NCBI GenBank assembly: GCA_049606355.1
Contig: JBMYVL010000015.1
Location: 1-14,766 of the forward strand
Direction: 5' to 3'
DNA from: Opitutales bacterium
GTDB taxonomy: Bacteria > Verrucomicrobiota > Verrucomicrobiia > Opitutales > Coraliomargaritaceae
Length of the DNA stretch: 14,766 nucleotides
In this document: positions 10,551-14,766 of the stretch, piece after piece
How the letters are laid out: each line of letters starts with the position of its first letter
How positions within the stretch are numbered: position 1 is the first letter of the stretch
The notes under the pieces: generated by a model
The model's database searches: none
What the model saw: only the letters and a program-made list of their open reading frames with translations
What the model was told of the DNA's origin: nothing
Made by a program: the position numbers and the translations under genes

Positions 10551-11359
10551 GAAGGAAACTTTCCGTTGCGAACGTCTTGCGCATAACTGGCAAAGGCGTC
10601 TTGGACCTGCTCACCTAACTGAGCGTACTGTTTTACAAAGTTGGGGATATAAGCTGTATTCAAACCGAGCAGATCGTTCGATACCAGAATCTGCCCATCG
10701 CACTGAGTGCCACTGCCGATGCCAATCAAAGGCCGCTGTAGGGCATCGCGAATCGCACCGGCCACATCGGCGTCGATACACTCACACAGGACCGCGAAGC
10801 AACCGGCTGCCTCCAGCGCGCGTGCATCGGCCAACAATGATTCCTGCTCCGCCTCGCTGCGCCCGAATTTACGGTAGCCACCGATCTGATGAAACTGCTG
10901 CGGCAACAAACCGATGTGCCCCAAAACCGGAATCCCTGCGGCCGTCAACCGCTCCACCGCCGGCGCCATGCACGCGCCCCCTTCAAGCTTCACTGCCTCC
11001 GCTCCCCCTTCTTGCATCAAGCGGCGACAGGCTGTCAGCAGCTTGGAGAAGGTATCGTGCGCGATCGCAAACGGCACATCCGCCACCACCAGTGCCTTGG
11101 GCCGTGCACGGGCGACCGCTGCGGTATGGTGCAGCATCATCTCGAGCGTCACGGGGATCGTGGTACTGTAGCCCAGTTGTGTCGTACCGACGGAATCGCC
11201 AACTAAAATCAGGTCCACTTGTGCCGCATCGGCAAAGTGTGCCATGACCGCATCATAAGCGGTCACCGCCACGATCGGGCGCTCGCCTTTCAGTTGGGAA
11301 ATTGTCTGGGTCGAAATACTCACGGCTCGGTAATTTTTAACGAATTTGCTAGAAGTCAC
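10547..11359 (-). CDS. panB: 3-methyl-2-oxobutanoate hydroxymethyltransferase (ketopantoate hydroxymethyltransferase)
   Basis: Motifs present: [93 protein letters not shown], and [11 protein letters not shown]. The start is GTG at 11359, with no upstream in-frame ATG. The stop overlaps the gpsA start as ATGA. Confidence 0.92.
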   Translation of the reverse strand: MTSSKFVKNYRAVSISTQTISQLKGERPIVAVTAYDAVMAHFADAAQVDLILVGDSVGTTQLGYSTTIPVTLEMMLHHTAAVARARPKALVVADVPFAIAHDTFSKLLTACRRLMQEGGAEAVKLEGGACMAPAVERLTAAGIPVLGHIGLLPQQFHQIGGYRKFGRSEAEQESLLADARALEAAGCFAVLCECIDADVAGAIRDALQRPLIGIGSGTQCDGQILVSNDLLGLNTAYIPNFVKQYAQLGEQVQDAFASYAQDVRNGKFPS

Positions 11360-11700
11360 GGCAGTTTGCTGTCATTCAAACAAAAGACAATCCTTAGTCG
11401 ACCGCTCCCCGGCATTCCCTTTTGGTCCGCAACTGCACTCAATGATACAGCTTTACTACCGATGGCGCTATCGGCGCACGCAGCAAGCCGCTTCCTATCG
11501 CATGCCGCGTGAGCGCCAAGGTCGCTCCGGTCTATCACAGGGCAAGCTGCTCAGCTATTTATCGCAGACTTCCGTCCGTGGCCGCGCACTGAAGCGAATT
11601 GGCTTCCCGCGGATCGATCGCTCCCTACTGCAACGCATCTCTGTGCTCTGCCTATTCGCGCTAGTGGGATGGATGGCGTACGAAAGTGCGCTCGCGCTGA

Positions 11701-14217
11701 TTATTTTTGGCGACTGAGCGCACGGTAGCGTTCGAAACCCAGCCAACTCTCCATGTAATCACCGAGGTGGTACAGCGATTCTGCATACCAGTAGTGGATC
11801 GCCGGCGTGGCCACCCGAGCCTCGATCAGTTGTTCGGCAAGGAACACTACATCTGTATAGCGTTGCTTCCGCAAATAACTCGATAATAAGCGCGTCGCCT
11901 TGCTGGTATTGAGCCGATCCGCGGCATACTCGCGCTCAAGATGTGCCAGCGTGCGATTCTCTAAGCTCACAGTTTGTAGCACCGGTACTGGGAGCCCCGC
12001 GCGTAGTTGATTGAGTGCCTCTTCCAGCCGTGCCTGCTGCCGATTCAACAAGGCCCGGTGATACCAACTATCCACGAGGCGCTCCGCATTGGAGTCGAGG
12101 AAACGTGCTGCAGCGACCAGATCACCTTCCCGAATCCAATTTTTCAGGATCGCTGAACGTTCGCTCGCATGATACGCATCGAGATTCGGGTCTTCGGCTA
12201 AAGTCCGCTCCAGCTCCTGGGTAAACAACGCCCCCTGTAATTGACTGAGCACCAGCGCATGATGCCGCGCATGCGGACGGCTGAGTTCGATGAGTCGCTC
12301 CAGCAAGAATGCTTTGTCACCTGCCATACTGAAGATTCGGCTGAAGTAACCATCGTTGGAGGCATTCGGTGTCGAGAGCGCCTGCCCCCAGGCATCCATC
12401 GCTCGTTTCACATCATACTGTAGCCAGATGACCCCCTCCTGATAGGCCGCTTCAGCGAACTGTGGGGCCAGATAGCGGGCTCGCTCAAAGTCCGGCGCGG
12501 CCTTCGAGAAATCACCCCGTGCCGATAAATGCAATTGGGCACGTTGTTGGTAGAGGCTCCAGTCTAAGGGCTGTGCGGCGATCCGGCGATCCAGACTCGC
12601 AAACGCCTGACCCCAGTCGCGCTCCGCCAGGCTTGCCTCCCACTGCTGCTGGATCTGAGACGCCGCCAGCTTCGAGTGGGTCGCCAGGCCGAACTGCTGC
12701 CCGCCCAGCCACAACACTGCGAAACAGACAAACACCCCACCCATCGCCCGCCAATACCCGCGCGGGAGCGTGCGCGACGCCACTTTGCGCGGCGGCAAAG
12801 CGAGCGTTGCAAAAAGCGCGGCCAGGTAGAACAGCCCGATCGAGTGCCCCCTGCTTGCGACCAAGGCATAGCAAATTAGCAGTACAACGGCAACCAAGCT
12901 GGTTAAGCGCAAGGATCCCATTTCCTGGTGAACCACTTCGCGACAGCGGCGCCAGTAGCCCCACAAACCGCAGCACAAACAGACCAGCGCGGGCAAGCCC
13001 ATGCTCGCAGCCAGCCACAGGTAGCCACTGCCCGCCCCCTGCGGTGCACTCGGCAGCGCGGCCGCCTTTTGGTAGAACGGTGCCACCGCGGTAAGGTTAC
13101 CGAGCCCCACCCCGGTGATCGGCGCATCCAGAACCACCCGCAGGTTGGCGGCCAGAGTCGCCTGGCAGGCGCGCACGCCATTCGACCCAGCGGCTGCCAA
13201 CGCGGACCACGACCAAGCACTCGCAACAGAATAAACGAAGCAGAGGAGCAGCGCCAGTGCCGCACCGCTTTTCCACAGCGTGCGCACCTTCGATTGCCGC
13301 AGTTTTAAAAGAATCCAGATGCCCAAGCCACTGAAATAAAAGACCAAGCCGATCCCCGACTGGATCAGTATCAGGGCTGCCAGACACAGCACCGTGCTAA
13401 TAAAACCCGTTAAGGGCAGAAAGCGGCGGCGGCTGACGCCATTCATCGCAAAGGCCAGCGTCGTGACCCCACCCAAGGCCAAGAGCAAGGCCATCTGCTG
13501 TGGATCCGCAAAGACTTGAAAGGGGCTGCCCTCGGAATGGATGAAATCGCCCCAGGCAAAGGTCGCTGCACAAGCCAGCAGGGCCAGTACCGCAAAGCCC
13601 ACGGACGACCAGAAGTGCAGCCACCTGCGGACCGGCGCGGTCACTTCCCAGGAGGCCACCGCATACAGCCAGCCGCAACAGGCCGCCAGGAGGAGCCACG
13701 CTTCCCAAGTGTGTGCGGGTTGGAGGGTCACAGTCAGCGGCAAGTCGATGGCATAAGTCTGCACCGCAAGCTGCCGCCACGTCGGCGTAAGGCCGATCCA
13801 GTGCGGCACGAAGCTCAAGAGCCCGCAAGCGAGGAAGCCCAGACTGCTGAGATCCAACCAACGGCCCAAGCTGCGAGTCGGCGGCCGCAGCAGCAAGGCG
13901 AGCCCCGTGCACAGGAGAGCCAGCCCCATCGCAAAGGGGCGATGCCCCCCACCGAGCAAGACCAGAACGAACACCGCGGCCAGCGCATAGAGAAACCGTT
14001 TTTCACGCAGCGGCGCTGCGGGGCCCCGTTTAAACCCTAGGCTCGCCCGCGGAGGCACCACCGGCGCAAAAGAAGAACTGCGCGATGCCGTGCCCACCGA
14101 TCCTTTTGATTGAGAGCGCCGCGATTGCGATGAGCGAGAGCGTCCGTGCCGCGACGAATGCGAACGTCGCGACTTCGATTTGCCACGCCATGCGGGTCGG
14201 TTCTTTCGGGGTTTCAT
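11701..14217 (-). CDS. O-antigen-ligase-like (Wzy_C-type) polytopic membrane protein fused to a C-terminal TPR domain
   Basis: The ORF runs 11701-14256 with a GTG at 14256; I prefer the ATG at 14217, and the true start could be further in. There are about 10 or more hydrophobic segments over aa ~88-520 of the track ORF. The typical post-Wzy_C motif LDAPITGVGLGN is present. The C-terminal ~310 aa have a TPR-like heptad pattern (WGQAFASLDRRIAAQPLDWSLYQQRAQLHLSARGDFSKAAPDFERARYLAPQFAEAAYQEG...). Confidence 0.7.
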   Translation of the reverse strand: MKPRKNRPAWRGKSKSRRSHSSRHGRSRSSQSRRSQSKGSVGTASRSSSFAPVVPPRASLGFKRGPAAPLREKRFLYALAAVFVLVLLGGGHRPFAMGLALLCTGLALLLRPPTRSLGRWLDLSSLGFLACGLLSFVPHWIGLTPTWRQLAVQTYAIDLPLTVTLQPAHTWEAWLLLAACCGWLYAVASWEVTAPVRRWLHFWSSVGFAVLALLACAATFAWGDFIHSEGSPFQVFADPQQMALLLALGGVTTLAFAMNGVSRRRFLPLTGFISTVLCLAALILIQSGIGLVFYFSGLGIWILLKLRQSKVRTLWKSGAALALLLCFVYSVASAWSWSALAAAGSNGVRACQATLAANLRVVLDAPITGVGLGNLTAVAPFYQKAAALPSAPQGAGSGYLWLAASMGLPALVCLCCGLWGYWRRCREVVHQEMGSLRLTSLVAVVLLICYALVASRGHSIGLFYLAALFATLALPPRKVASRTLPRGYWRAMGGVFVCFAVLWLGGQQFGLATHSKLAASQIQQQWEASLAERDWGQAFASLDRRIAAQPLDWSLYQQRAQLHLSARGDFSKAAPDFERARYLAPQFAEAAYQEGVIWLQYDVKRAMDAWGQALSTPNASNDGYFSRIFSMAGDKAFLLERLIELSRPHARHHALVLSQLQGALFTQELERTLAEDPNLDAYHASERSAILKNWIREGDLVAAARFLDSNAERLVDSWYHRALLNRQQARLEEALNQLRAGLPVPVLQTVSLENRTLAHLEREYAADRLNTSKATRLLSSYLRKQRYTDVVFLAEQLIEARVATPAIHYWYAESLYHLGDYMESWLGFERYRALSRQK

Positions 14218-14433
14218 ACAAATTGGCTGCCGTGCGCGGAACGGCCGGAGAGGCACACTCGCAAACGCTCCAGTAAGCGGGGTATCCAGCGAACGCTGCC
14301 GAATTTCCCAGCAGTGTAAACGCCTTTTTATGAGTCCGCACCGCGCGGCGGACCCGTCAGCGCCGACCCCAGCTCTCTGCGAGCTAGCGACCCCGAAATG
14401 CCTCCAGGTCTGCAGACGCTTTAAACGTTGCGC

Positions 14434-14766
14434 TTACCACCACAGCTTCCAGGAACGCACATCAAGCCCATGCTTGTAGAGCGAGTAAGCAATTATCAGT
14501 GGGAAGCCTAAAATAAATAAGAGCGTCGCAACAACAACTACGACTCCGTTCATGAGGGCCTTGTACTTGCCTTTCATTGAACGCTTCGAGAAGGGAAGCC
14601 AGCGCTCAAGGATCTCAGCAACCTGTTCAGAGGACTGTGCCTCTTCAGCAGCATTTTCTTCACGCTTACGCCGTCGTTCTTGGACCAGTTCCGAGTTATC
14701 TACAACTGACTTATTCTTTAGTACGCCATCTTCGATGGTAAGGATCAGTTCCCTTTCATAAATCGA
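14434..14766 (-). CDS. Hypothetical protein, 3' part only (5' end outside window), with a C-terminal transmembrane anchor
   Basis: An open minus-strand frame runs from the window edge to TAA at 14434-14436, about 110 codons: ...IYERELILTIEDGVLKNKSVVDNSELVQERRRKREENAAEEAQSSEQVAEILERWLPFSKRSMKGKYKALMNGVVVVVATLLFILGFPLIIAYSLYKHGLDVRSWKLWW. The ORF track misses it because the start lies outside the window. It competes with the listed plus-strand ORF 14552-14761, which is Ser/Arg-rich and looks like a shadow frame. Confidence 0.45.
   Translation of the reverse strand, partial: SIYERELILTIEDGVLKNKSVVDNSELVQERRRKREENAAEEAQSSEQVAEILERWLPFSKRSMKGKYKALMNGVVVVVATLLFILGFPLIIAYSLYKHGLDVRSWKLWW

Noticed and set aside
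10513-11247. 244-aa plus-strand ORF antisense to panB, and 10889-11206 / 10914-11171
   Set aside because: These are Pro/Arg/Ala/Ser-rich shadow frames opposite a gene with unmistakable PanB motifs.
11716-11740. GTTCGAAACC, resembling a tRNA T-loop (GGTTCGAATCC)
   Set aside because: The flanking bases do not form a T-stem, and no acceptor, D or anticodon arms can be drawn. It lies inside the 3' end of the ligase-like CDS.
12462-13094. Long alternative-frame and antisense ORFs inside the ligase-like gene (12462-13094 +, 13516-14040 +, 12928-13308 +, 12512-13018 -, 13397-13912 -, 12903-13265 -)
   Set aside because: Their translations are Pro/Arg/Gly/Ala/Ser-rich with no motifs, which is typical of off-frame reading of a very GC-rich gene. 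The 851-aa frame has coherent TM segments, a Wzy_C-type motif and TPR repeats.
14334-14353. Hairpin gtccgc-N8-gcggac, with a TTTACA-like hexamer on the minus strand between the partial gene and the ligase-like gene
   Set aside because: It is only a 6-bp stem with no U-tract on either strand, and the hexamer has no matching -10 at proper spacing. This is not enough to call a terminator or promoter.

Overview
This window reads as a chromosomal, mostly housekeeping segment of a moderately GC-rich bacterium. The gene content (bacterial SET-domain protein, histone-H1-like Lys/Ala protein, oversized Pst permeases, O-antigen-ligase/TPR fusion) suggests a PVC-group or Verrucomicrobiota-like organism, but that is inference only. 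The plus strand carries a complete high-affinity phosphate uptake locus: pstS (210-1037), a strong intrinsic terminator, then pstC-pstA-pstB-phoU (1264-5810). Behind it sits an unusual 201-aa protein (5956-6561) with a histone-H1-like Lys/Ala tail and a CBM20-like C-terminal domain. Next come a minus-strand DUF374/acyltransferase-like gene (6615-7307) and plus-strand glycyl-tRNA synthetase (7396-8937). The rest is a minus-strand run. It contains a partial hypothetical tail-anchored protein (14434-14766, absent from the ORF track), a large O-antigen-ligase-like/TPR membrane protein (11701-14217), a 340-bp unassigned gap, panB and gpsA (4-nt ATGA overlap), and a SET-domain methyltransferase (8966-9475). 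I see no rRNA, tRNA, CRISPR array, transposase, integrase or recognisable defence or toxin module, and I cannot honestly point to a discrete novel multi-gene system. The items most worth a second look are: (1) the H1-like/CBM20-like chimera directly behind pst-phoU with a Pho-box-like repeat upstream; (2) its proximity to a SET-domain methyltransferase with a basic NLS-like tail, echoing the chlamydial SET/Hc1 writer-substrate pair; (3) matching large helical insertions in the same loop of both PstC and PstA; (4) phased 11-bp Pho-box-like repeats upstream of pstS and pstC. All family assignments come from motif recognition by eye, not from searches.
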